64,000 nucleotides of DNA from NCBI GenBank assembly GCA_019058315.1, contig JAHPZH010000004.1, forward strand, positions 540,682 through 604,681, read 5' to 3'. Shown piece after piece: positions 49,095 to 58,337 of this stretch (positions within the stretch are counted from its first letter, which is position 1; each line of letters starts with the position of its first letter). This DNA is from Candidatus Helarchaeota archaeon (GTDB taxonomy: Archaea; Asgardarchaeota; Lokiarchaeia; Helarchaeales; RDOG01). The notes under the pieces are model-generated. The model was not told the origin of the DNA and ran no database searches. It worked only from the letters and a program-made list of their open reading frames with translations. The position numbers and the translations under genes were made by a program.

Positions 49095-50735
49095 TTAATT
49101 ACTTTTTCTATGTTTTAAAATTTGACCATTTAAAATGCCCAAATGTTTTCCATTGGCTACTGTTATTTCTCCATTAATAATTACATAATTAATTCCTTCT
49201 GGATATTGGCGACTATTTTTGTAAGTAGCCTTATCTTTAATTAATTCGGGATCAAATATGACAATATCTGCTTTATTACCTAATTTGATAATTCCTCTAT
49301 CATTTAAACCTAGAATTGAAGCGGTTAAAGAAGTCATTTTACGAATTCCCTCTTCTAAAGAAACAAGTTTTCTTTCTCTAACATAATCTGCTAAAATTCT
49401 TGGAAATGTTCCATATGATCGCGGATGTGATTGTCCTTCGGAAGTTAAGAATCCATCAGTTCCTATACAAACAAACTTTTGTTGGAATAGGGATAGAATA
49501 CTTGTTTTTTCATCCATAAATTTAACAGTAAAAAAAAGTGAGCCTTGTTCATCTCGAATGAAATCTAGCAACGCATCGATGAATTTTCTTTTTGGATAAA
49601 GGACTTTTAACGCTCTTCCAAGATATTTACCTTCGATATGATGATTTTTCATAACACTCATAACTCGAAAATATTGCTTTACAAAAGAAAAAATTAGCTT
49701 CTCTTTTTCTTCTTTTGGGAGATTCTGAACTTGGGGGGGAAGACCCTTTAAAAATTGAAAAAAATATTGAAGCGATTCTTCGGCAATTTTTTTTCTTGTT
49801 TCAGGATTAGTTAAATTTTCCATGAAATTGTCAAAAACCCAAGGTCTAAGCATGGCAGCAGATATAGCAAGTCCAACTTCCTCATAGGGGTATAAGTCCG
49901 CATGAATAGGAAGACCTTCTTCTCTTACCTTCTTAATAAAATTTATTACTTCATTAGTCAATTCTGGAGAAGCTCCTCCAATTTTTATATGTGAAATATG
50001 TGCTTTAATATTTGATTCTTTGGCTATTCGTATTAATTCACCAATACCTCGATCTAAAATATTAGCACCTTCATCTCTCATATGAGAATCATAAATTCCA
50101 TTATATTCATCATGAACTACTTTACAAAGTTCTATAATCTCCTCTGTAGGTGTTATTGAGCCTGGCGGATATATTAAACCGGTGCTTAATCCAAAAGCTC
50201 CTGCCTCCATACCCCCTCTTACAATTACTCTCATTTCTTCCAATTCTTCTGGGGTCGCTGGACGATCGTCCATACCTAAAATACATGTTCTTACATTTCC
50301 ATGAGGAATAAAAAATGCAAGATTTGTGGATATTCCTTTTTTACTTATTGTTTCCATATATTCTTTAATTGTATCATATAATTTCACATCTTGGAGTGTA
50401 AAGAGTTTGGTAACCAAATTTGAATAGTAATTTCTGACTTTTTCATTAGCAGGAGCCATCCCTATTCCACACATGCCTACTACGAGAGTCGTAATTCCTT
50501 GCATCACCGTGGCTTCTGCTTTATTTACTGATAAAATACTAAGATCTCCATGAGAATGCATATCAATAAAACCAGGGGCCACTACTTTATTAGAGGCATC
50601 AATTATTTGAGAGTTATTTGTTTTTAAACCTGTTTTAATCTTTGTTATTTTATCATTTTCGATCATAATATCTGCTTTATAGCCAGAAGAACCTGTTCCA
50701 TCAATAACTAACCCATTTTTAATTAAAATATTCAT
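49095..50735 (-). CDS. N-acyl-D-amino-acid deacylase (D-aminoacylase)
   Basis: PGFIDMHSHGD, GMCG, GLSTGLIYPPG, SHMRDE, HISHIK, HPRSYGTFPR. Confidence 0.93.
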   Translation of the reverse strand: MNILIKNGLVIDGTGSSGYKADIMIENDKITKIKTGLKTNNSQIIDASNKVVAPGFIDMHSHGDLSILSVNKAEATVMQGITTLVVGMCGIGMAPANEKVRNYYSNLVTKLFTLQDVKLYDTIKEYMETISKKGISTNLAFFIPHGNVRTCILGMDDRPATPEELEEMRVIVRGGMEAGAFGLSTGLIYPPGSITPTEEIIELCKVVHDEYNGIYDSHMRDEGANILDRGIGELIRIAKESNIKAHISHIKIGGASPELTNEVINFIKKVREEGLPIHADLYPYEEVGLAISAAMLRPWVFDNFMENLTNPETRKKIAEESLQYFFQFLKGLPPQVQNLPKEEKEKLIFSFVKQYFRVMSVMKNHHIEGKYLGRALKVLYPKRKFIDALLDFIRDEQGSLFFTVKFMDEKTSILSLFQQKFVCIGTDGFLTSEGQSHPRSYGTFPRILADYVRERKLVSLEEGIRKMTSLTASILGLNDRGIIKLGNKADIVIFDPELIKDKATYKNSRQYPEGINYVIINGEITVANGKHLGILNGQILKHRKSN

Positions 50736-50931
50736 AAAAATAAATTATTATTTTGAATTATTTATTTTATTGTATTCTATCAAAACATAAAATTCATATA
50801 AAACTATATGATTCGGATAAGGTAAGAATGCATTGGACTTTGATCAAACGCTTAATTTAAGTATGAAGCTCTATTTTTTGTTTATATCTAAAATTCCTGT
50901 AAAATAAAATATATAAACAAAGTATATATTT

Positions 50932-52611
50932 TTGAATTTTAATATGTTAATTAAAAATATAACGGGGAACATTTTGAAAAAAAGAGAAGCTATAATAGGT
51001 CTAGCCTTATTAGTTATAGTCTTACACTCCATTTCTTTCAATAATTATATATTATTAGAGTCATCAGTTATTTATTCAAATATTTTAACCCCTAATTCTG
51101 CAATTAACGACAATTTAATTCTATCTAGTAAATCAGAGAAACTAATAACTTATAATAATTATGAAGATAATCAACCAGCTATAGCTGTGGATTCAAACGA
51201 TGTTATTCACTTAGTTTGGTTCGCATATGATTTTTCACGGGCAAAAAATGATATATTTTATGCTAATAGTTCTGATAATTTTTTAAATAAAATAAGAATT
51301 TCCGACTTAAGTACTAATGATGATAATCCGACTATTGCTATAGATTCCTCAGATATAGTTCACATAGCTTGGGATGGATCAGATAAAATATATTATACCA
51401 ATAGTTCAACTAATTATTCATTACATCTTAATATTTCTAATCAAGGGTCTGTTGATAATCCACAACTATATTGTGAATCATCTGGGATTGTTCATTTAGT
51501 TTGGTCAGGTTACCAAGCGGGTAATTGGGATGTTTATTATGCAAATAGCTCAGATCTTTTTTCACATAATGAGCCAATATCCAAAACTGTCTCGGATGAC
51601 CAATATCCGGATCTTTGTGTCCATAATAGTATTGTACATATCGTGTGGTCAAAAAGAATTAGTACCTATGAATATGAAATAGCATATTCAAATAGTACGG
51701 ACTTTTTTGGAAATGAAATGACAATTTTTCAGGAAGAATATTCTGAATATATACCAAAAATTGCTGAACCAAGGATAACCGTAGATAATTCTGGAAATCT
51801 TCACATTGTTTGGGATGGTGAAAAATCTATGCAATATGACACTGAGACTTTTCTTTTTTACTTATTAATTGATCTAATTTTAGATAATTATAATGATGTC
51901 CCATTTGTTCCCTTTCGATTTCGATATAATTTTTTTCCATTTTATTTTCCTTCCTTTAGTTTTCATCCAGATTATCATATTTTCTATACTAATAGCATCA
52001 GTAACTTCAAAACTCAAATAGATATTTCAGATTCAGTAACAGATGAGGCATATAGTCCAGATATAGTGGTAGATTCAAATAATATAACACACATTATTTG
52101 GTGGGGTTACACCGAGACCACTTATTATGAATCATATGATTCACGTCTTTTTTATACAAATAGTTCATTAAACTTTCGTAATATTAGAATGTATTCAAGA
52201 GGCGATTTAAATAAACATCCAAGGATTGCTAATGATTCTGCAAATGAAATCCATTGTGTATTTGTATCATATTATAATAGCTACGATATTTTTTATCTGA
52301 ACACAACTGAATTTAGTGTTTGGACTACTTCAGAAGTAAATATATGGAATTTAATGCAGATTGCTATTGCTATACCAAATATGCCTGATATGTCCATATT
52401 AACTGTTGTAATGCTTTCTGCATTAGGTGGCTTTAATTTTGTCGCAATTTTAATTTTTGCTAGTAGAAAGAGAGAAGTAAGTTATGAAAAATTAGAAAAA
52501 GTCCCTAAAAAACCAGAAGAAAAAGAAGATAATGAATTTTCAAAAAAGAAAAGAGGAAAAAAGCTAATAGTTAAGAAAAGAGACAAAAAAATTAAAGTGA
52601 ATTTACCATGA
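50932..52611 (+). CDS. Membrane-anchored beta-propeller (BNR/sialidase-like repeats) surface protein
   Basis: Repeated PxIAVDSxxxVHIVW...DIFYxNS blades; signal peptide; C-terminal TM + Lys-rich tail. Confidence 0.82.
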   Translation: MNFNMLIKNITGNILKKREAIIGLALLVIVLHSISFNNYILLESSVIYSNILTPNSAINDNLILSSKSEKLITYNNYEDNQPAIAVDSNDVIHLVWFAYDFSRAKNDIFYANSSDNFLNKIRISDLSTNDDNPTIAIDSSDIVHIAWDGSDKIYYTNSSTNYSLHLNISNQGSVDNPQLYCESSGIVHLVWSGYQAGNWDVYYANSSDLFSHNEPISKTVSDDQYPDLCVHNSIVHIVWSKRISTYEYEIAYSNSTDFFGNEMTIFQEEYSEYIPKIAEPRITVDNSGNLHIVWDGEKSMQYDTETFLFYLLIDLILDNYNDVPFVPFRFRYNFFPFYFPSFSFHPDYHIFYTNSISNFKTQIDISDSVTDEAYSPDIVVDSNNITHIIWWGYTETTYYESYDSRLFYTNSSLNFRNIRMYSRGDLNKHPRIANDSANEIHCVFVSYYNSYDIFYLNTTEFSVWTTSEVNIWNLMQIAIAIPNMPDMSILTVVMLSALGGFNFVAILIFASRKREVSYEKLEKVPKKPEEKEDNEFSKKKRGKKLIVKKRDKKIKVNLP

Positions 52612-52630
52612 GACCAATGGAGGTAATTTA

Positions 52631-53305
52631 TTGGAGCTGCAAAATGAAATACGTATTTTAAGTATTCTTTATGGGTTAATAGGGATTTTTTTTGCTGTGA
52701 TAATTATTATCCCTTTTAGAGTCGTATATCAACTTGAAACCTTTAGTTATTTCTATATTTTGGAGTCTGATGCTCCCTTTTTCTTATTAATACCCGAAAA
52801 TCTTCGCATTATAATGTCTCGAGGCTTTATTCCCTTTGTTGCTGGGTTAGTGTTGTTTGCTATAAGCTTAATTATTTTTATTAAATTTAGTAGTAGTGGA
52901 AGTCCAAGATCAGCGAAAATCGGATTTTTTTTTGCATTATGTTCTGGAGCATTATTGTTATTGTCATTTCTAGTCAATTATATTGTTTATAGTAGTCGAA
53001 TAATTAGCTATGTACCCTTATTAATCACAATTGCAACAAGTATAACTATAATAAATATCGGAACTCTTATTTTCTTTAGACGTGATGAACTCGAGATATC
53101 CATTCCAAAGCCTATCAAAGAAGTAAGTGGGATTATAGAAGAAAAGAAAATAAAACCAGTGACATCCCCTGAAATAAAAACTATATTAACTAGTAAAGAA
53201 ATAACACCATTATCGGAAAAACCACTTCAATATTGTCCTTTTTGTGGTAATAAAGTCGAAACAGACCATAACTTCTGTCGTAGATGTGGGAGATCCTTAA
53301 AATAA
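52631..53305 (+). CDS. 4-TM membrane protein with C-terminal zinc ribbon
   Basis: GGAGG SD, four hydrophobic segments, YCPFCG...FCRRCG. Confidence 0.8.
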   Translation: MELQNEIRILSILYGLIGIFFAVIIIIPFRVVYQLETFSYFYILESDAPFFLLIPENLRIIMSRGFIPFVAGLVLFAISLIIFIKFSSSGSPRSAKIGFFFALCSGALLLLSFLVNYIVYSSRIISYVPLLITIATSITIINIGTLIFFRRDELEISIPKPIKEVSGIIEEKKIKPVTSPEIKTILTSKEITPLSEKPLQYCPFCGNKVETDHNFCRRCGRSLK

Positions 53306-53338
53306 ATAAGAAATACTATGAAATTTAATTTTGAATTA

Positions 53339-53713
53339 TTATACCTTTATTAAAACCGTTATTGCAGCATTACACACAATTATATTATCTGATGTGTCAC
53401 CTAATTCTTTTATCATTACCCCTGAAGCTATCATTCCGCCTTGAATGACTTCTAGAGACTTAGTACCAAATGGTAACGCCCTTAACACTTTTTTCTTATT
53501 AATTTTTTCAGGAAAAGGACAGCTTATTAAAACATTAACAATCATATCTAAGGGGTTTTTTAAATCACAAATTTCTGATAATCCGCATAAACAATTATTT
53601 GAAATTGCGTTTTTTATTGCTTTTACTGCTGCATCTGTACAATCATTATCATGGCCATGTTGATCTACACCCATTCCGATTTGTACTATAAATCTTTTAA
53701 CTGATTCGCTCAT
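53339..53713 (-). CDS. Lin0512 family protein
   Basis: GMGVDQHG..D.T.AA.KA..NAI, LPFG, NAAITV. Confidence 0.85.
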   Translation of the reverse strand: MSESVKRFIVQIGMGVDQHGHDNDCTDAAVKAIKNAISNNCLCGLSEICDLKNPLDMIVNVLISCPFPEKINKKKVLRALPFGTKSLEVIQGGMIASGVMIKELGDTSDNIIVCNAAITVLIKV

Positions 53714-53841
53714 TTTTCACACCATATTTTTATAATCAATTAATTTTGTATACTAATTCTTTAAAAAATGTAATAAAATATTTATTTATATTTGACTATA
53801 ATTTGAGTTCTTGGAGTTAGAACCGAATCTAATTAGTCTGG

Positions 53842-54291
53842 TTGAATAAAATGAATGAAAAAAAAATTAAGGAAATGAATTTAGCAGCACCATGTGGTAT
53901 GTATTGTGGAACATGCAGACATTATTTAGTATTAAAAAAGAATTTACTTGAAGAAAGGGGATTTAAAAGAGGTTGTGAGGGTTGTAGGGTACGGAATAAA
54001 AATTGTACATTCCTAAGGAAATTTTGTGCAAAAATAAGGAAAAGAGAAATAGATTTTTGCTTTGAATGTGATGAATTTCCATGTGAAGGTCGAAAGAGAA
54101 TTGATGATATATATATAGAACGATATAATTATAGTTTTGTTGATAACTTGAACAGAATTAAAGAGATTGGTGTAAAAAAGTGGTTAAAAGAGCAAGAAGA
54201 TATGTGGAAATGTCCACATTGCGGAGGTAATCTTTGTATTCATGATAATGAATGTTATGATTGTGGGAAACCAATTTCGAATGATAAATGA
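53842..54291 (+). CDS. DUF3795 Cys-rich protein
   Basis: APCGMYCGTC, CEGCR, FCFECDEFPC, CPHCGG. Confidence 0.88.
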   Translation: MNKMNEKKIKEMNLAAPCGMYCGTCRHYLVLKKNLLEERGFKRGCEGCRVRNKNCTFLRKFCAKIRKREIDFCFECDEFPCEGRKRIDDIYIERYNYSFVDNLNRIKEIGVKKWLKEQEDMWKCPHCGGNLCIHDNECYDCGKPISNDK

Positions 54292-54298
54292 TTATTTA

Positions 54299-55516
54299 TC
54301 ATTTTAAATAATTAAGGGCTGTTATCGCGAACATTTTAGTAGTATTTATTAGATCCTCAATATAAACAAATTCATCTGTGGCGTGTGGTTTATTAATTGC
54401 CCGAATTGGTCCAAATAGCACGGTTTTAATTCCTTTTTCTTGGAACCAGTGAGCGTCGGTAGTTGGTATAAATAGTTTAAATTCCCTTTCTTCGTTAAAG
54501 ACTATCTCAGCTGATTTTTTAACAGCTTTTGCAAATTCGGAATCAAGATCTAATGTTTGAGGTTCAAAGGAAAGTGGAATTTGAACAGTTATGTCTAAAT
54601 CAGGATCTTGTTTTTTAAGTTCTTCAATATACTCCAAAATTCGTTTAATTATGCTTTCTATGTCTTGTTCCGGGATAGTATGGATATTACAAGATAAAAA
54701 ACATCGATCTGGCACGTTAGAGATTTTATTTCCCCCATTAATTATTGCAAAATTAATATGACTGACCTTTGAAGGGTGATCAGGAGCAACAGGGTATTTG
54801 GTTTCCCTTTTATTTAATTCCTCCTGTAAATCCATTAAATAATTCATAATTTTTACCATTTTTTGAATTGCATTTATTCCTGAGTATTCATTTCTATGAG
54901 GTTTAGGTAAATCTGGAAAGCCCATTCCATGAGCTTGTTTACCTTTGATAAGAAATGTTATAAAGATTGCACCCCCACAAAAACCGACTGGATGATTGCT
55001 AGGTCCATCTCCTAAAAGACAAGCATCTCCGTTAATTATTCCTTTATCAATTAGATACCCAACTCCTCTTATTCCTCCCATCTCTTCATCAATAGTTGCC
55101 GTGACAACTAACTTTCCATTTAAACTAACGCCCGACTCTATTAGAGCTTTGGTTGCAAATATTTCTGCAGTAACGCTTGATTTATTATCAGCTGCTCCTC
55201 GACCATAAATTTTATTATTGATTTTCTCTCCTTTAAATGGATCCTTTGTCCAACCTTTAAAGGCTTCAACAGTGTCTAAATGAGCAGAAAATATTAAAGT
55301 TTTTCCTTTAGAACCCCATTCTCCAATAACATTATTTCTTTTATTTTTTGTTTCTAATCCAATCTCCTTCATTTTATTCTCTACAAATTTCGAAATTTCT
55401 TTATATTTTCCAGGAGGATTTTCAGAAGGAATTTGTACAATTTGTTGATGAAACTCAACAATATTGTTTCTCATCGAATCTATTAATTCTAAAATGGTAT
55501 TTTCGATTTTTTTCAA
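54299..55516 (-). CDS. M20 metallopeptidase (ArgE/DapE-like deacylase)
   Basis: AHLDTV, GRGAADNK, DEEMGG, GKQAHG, NAI, HATDE. Confidence 0.93.
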   Translation of the reverse strand: MKKIENTILELIDSMRNNIVEFHQQIVQIPSENPPGKYKEISKFVENKMKEIGLETKNKRNNVIGEWGSKGKTLIFSAHLDTVEAFKGWTKDPFKGEKINNKIYGRGAADNKSSVTAEIFATKALIESGVSLNGKLVVTATIDEEMGGIRGVGYLIDKGIINGDACLLGDGPSNHPVGFCGGAIFITFLIKGKQAHGMGFPDLPKPHRNEYSGINAIQKMVKIMNYLMDLQEELNKRETKYPVAPDHPSKVSHINFAIINGGNKISNVPDRCFLSCNIHTIPEQDIESIIKRILEYIEELKKQDPDLDITVQIPLSFEPQTLDLDSEFAKAVKKSAEIVFNEEREFKLFIPTTDAHWFQEKGIKTVLFGPIRAINKPHATDEFVYIEDLINTTKMFAITALNYLK

Positions 55517-55588
55517 AAAATCTCACCTATAACTATCTCATTTTTACTTATATTATAGTTTTAAAAATTAAAAAAAAGAAATTTTATA

Positions 55589-55747
55589 TTAATGCCGTTT
55601 ATCCTCATATTTTAGGTTTTTAATAACAATTTTCTTGCCATCAATCTCCCAAAATAAATGGCATTCCAAACAAGCGGCTCTTAGTTTCTCTGCAGCAGAA
55701 AAAGATCCAAATATTAATGCATCTTTTTGGCATTTTGGACAGATCAT
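55589..55747 (-). CDS. Zinc-finger microprotein (52 aa, not in ORF track)
   Basis: Hand translation MICPKCQKDALIFGSFSAAEKLRAACLECHLFWEIDGKK...RH*; GAAGTGA SD-like element upstream. Confidence 0.65.
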   Translation of the reverse strand: MICPKCQKDALIFGSFSAAEKLRAACLECHLFWEIDGKKIVIKNLKYEDKRH

Positions 55748-55963
55748 ATTCTTCACTTCTTTATTGATTAGGACACTATTAAAAATGAAAAAGAATCATT
55801 TTTTTTATTTTTTTTGGGTCAAAAAATAGTCATAATAGACTAATTCAAATTAAAATATCTTAAAATGGATAAAAGTATTAATTTTTAAAACAAAATGATG
55901 AATTATGATTATAAAACATTAAGACCTAATAAGTTTTAGATTAAAAAAGGAAATCAAAAAAAG

Positions 55964-57580
55964 ATGGAAAAAAACAAATATCATTTGTCAATAATTACCA
56001 TTCTATGTTTAATTCTAATTCTATATTTCTCAAATATTAGTAATTTCTTTCTTTCTGACGATTTTATTTTTCTATTTTATTCCCATTTCTTCACAATTTA
56101 TACAAATCCACTATTTACTATTCAACCATTAACCATCATTATATTTGAGGTTCAATACTCTATTTTTAAATTCAATCCGCAAGGCTACCATTGTGTAAGT
56201 ATTATAATTCATATGTTTAACAGCTGCTTAGTCTTTTATATTATAAATGAATTGACTAATAGTGAAAGAAAAAGTAGTATTGGAAGTTTATTGTTTGCCA
56301 CCTTTCCTATCTTTAGTGAACCGGTTATTTGGATTTCTGCACAATCTGATTTATGGATGACGGCTTTTATATTACTATCATTTCTCTCTTATATAAAATA
56401 TAACAAACACAACAAGTTGATTTGGTTAATCCTAAGCATAATATATTTTGGATTAGCAATTTTAAGCCAACAAATTGCAATAATATTCATTCTGATCTAC
56501 TTCTGTTTTGACGTACTATTTAATAAGGATTTTAATAACTTTTTCAAAGAAACAAACGAGTTTCTAGTTAAAGTGAAAAAAATCGGAATATATAGTTTTA
56601 AATACTTGCCATATTTAATTGCAATAATAATTTCTTATTTCTTTTTTAATTTCAATAATAGAATATACCTTAATAATACCCCTTATCTAATATTTGCCGC
56701 ATTTATAGATTTTTTACCAAACTCTTTTTTTCAACTATTTCTAGATAATACCCTTTTATACCTAATTCTTTTTGTAATCAGTTTCTTCGGTCTTATTGCC
56801 TGCTTCTATATAATTTTTAAAAGAAAGAATAAATTATTGAAATTTAGTTTTATATGGATAATAACCATAATTATTGGATTTTCTATCTTTAATTTAACTA
56901 CAATAGATATTTACTTTTATTTAATATTAATAAGCCCTACTACAACTCCTCAAGGAAGATTTCTCTACATAATTAGTGTTGGAGTTGCTATTTTTTATTC
57001 TATTATTCTCGATTCTCTCCATAAAAAGAAATTTAATTCAAAACTTAAGTTACCGATTTCTAGAGATTATGTGATTTTTTCATTAGTATTTCTTTTCTTA
57101 ATAAGTAATTCTATTTTAACTTATACGCAGCAAGTTAATTGGAAACGTGCATCAAGCATTAGTTATAATATATTAATCAAAACTTTTACTACTGTGCCAA
57201 TAGGATCTCAAAATGTAAATATCTATTATATAAACATTCCAGACCATATAAATGACCCACTTGGACCTAGTTGGAACACAAACTTCATATTTAGAAATGG
57301 TTTAAAAGAAATAATATTTCTTTTTTATCCAAATTGTAGGATATTCAGCTTTAATATGATATATCATAAAAAAATACTTGATTTTGAATTATCTGATTGG
57401 GAAATTCCAATAAGTGAAAATGAATTTAATCGATTTAGTAATGATAATGAATCATCTAATGTAATTTTATTTTTCAATCCAGTCACTGAACTACTAACCG
57501 ATGTAAGTGGGCTTAATTATACCGACTTTGACCCCTATCCGTTTCTAGGAATCCCAAAATTCGAATATTGGTTCAATTAA
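55964..57580 (+). CDS. GT-C fold membrane glycosyltransferase (PMT/TMTC-like)
   Basis: SDDF acidic motif after TM1, H..S...H..N, FSEPVIWISAQ, RFLY; more than 10 TMs. Confidence 0.75.
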   Translation: MEKNKYHLSIITILCLILILYFSNISNFFLSDDFIFLFYSHFFTIYTNPLFTIQPLTIIIFEVQYSIFKFNPQGYHCVSIIIHMFNSCLVFYIINELTNSERKSSIGSLLFATFPIFSEPVIWISAQSDLWMTAFILLSFLSYIKYNKHNKLIWLILSIIYFGLAILSQQIAIIFILIYFCFDVLFNKDFNNFFKETNEFLVKVKKIGIYSFKYLPYLIAIIISYFFFNFNNRIYLNNTPYLIFAAFIDFLPNSFFQLFLDNTLLYLILFVISFFGLIACFYIIFKRKNKLLKFSFIWIITIIIGFSIFNLTTIDIYFYLILISPTTTPQGRFLYIISVGVAIFYSIILDSLHKKKFNSKLKLPISRDYVIFSLVFLFLISNSILTYTQQVNWKRASSISYNILIKTFTTVPIGSQNVNIYYINIPDHINDPLGPSWNTNFIFRNGLKEIIFLFYPNCRIFSFNMIYHKKILDFELSDWEIPISENEFNRFSNDNESSNVILFFNPVTELLTDVSGLNYTDFDPYPFLGIPKFEYWFN

Positions 57581-57581
57581 A

Positions 57582-58310
57582 TTAATTATTTCGACATTTT
57601 ATAAAACAAATTGTTACTGGTCCAAATATACAGATGATATCTAAAAATGTTGGAGATAAATTATATAGGAATTCTAAGAATCCAACATTAATTTGACTCA
57701 TAAATAATAAAAAGTAAGCCATTTTTATAACTCCATAAAAAATTAAGAAAATAGCGAAGATCACCATTATTTTACTTGTATAATTAGACATTTTAACTTG
57801 TAAGAACCAAACTCCTACACTAATTAAAAAGGATAGAATTATAATTTCAAGAATGAAAGCCAAATTTGGATCAATTTCTCCTAACAAAATCGAGAAAATA
57901 CTACCAATAGCACTTATCCAGCTTATTAAAATAGGAACAATCCCAAATTTAATTTTATTAAAACAATAAAAACAAATTGAACTGATAAAGAGAAATGAAA
58001 AACTCACCCATATTGATACGATAGGAGAATATAAAACATTCAATAGTCTTGAAATAGCATAAGCATAACCTGTAGTTCCGAGGATAAAAAATCCAATTAT
58101 TCCAAACACAAGTAGAACATTCTCCTTCTTTAAAATCGAATTAATATCATCAGAATTCATCTTATCAATTTTTTTGGGAAGTACATGATATAAAATGATT
58201 AAAGCTATTAATCCAAGGATAAGAACCATAGATGAACGGATTATGGAATTTATTAAATGTGTATTATTTAAAGAACGTATGAAATTATCTAATATTTCAA
58301 AAATATTCAT
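57582..58310 (-). CDS. Hypothetical multi-pass membrane protein
   Basis: About 7 hydrophobic segments; GGGAG SD. Confidence 0.65.
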   Translation of the reverse strand: MNIFEILDNFIRSLNNTHLINSIIRSSMVLILGLIALIILYHVLPKKIDKMNSDDINSILKKENVLLVFGIIGFFILGTTGYAYAISRLLNVLYSPIVSIWVSFSFLFISSICFYCFNKIKFGIVPILISWISAIGSIFSILLGEIDPNLAFILEIIILSFLISVGVWFLQVKMSNYTSKIMVIFAIFLIFYGVIKMAYFLLFMSQINVGFLEFLYNLSPTFLDIICIFGPVTICFIKCRNN

Positions 58311-58337
58311 AGAAATACTCCCAAAAAAAAGAAATTT

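Noticed and set aside
55635-55829. 64-aa plus-strand ORF
   Set aside because: Antisense to a more convincing Cys-motif microprotein (55589..55747, minus)
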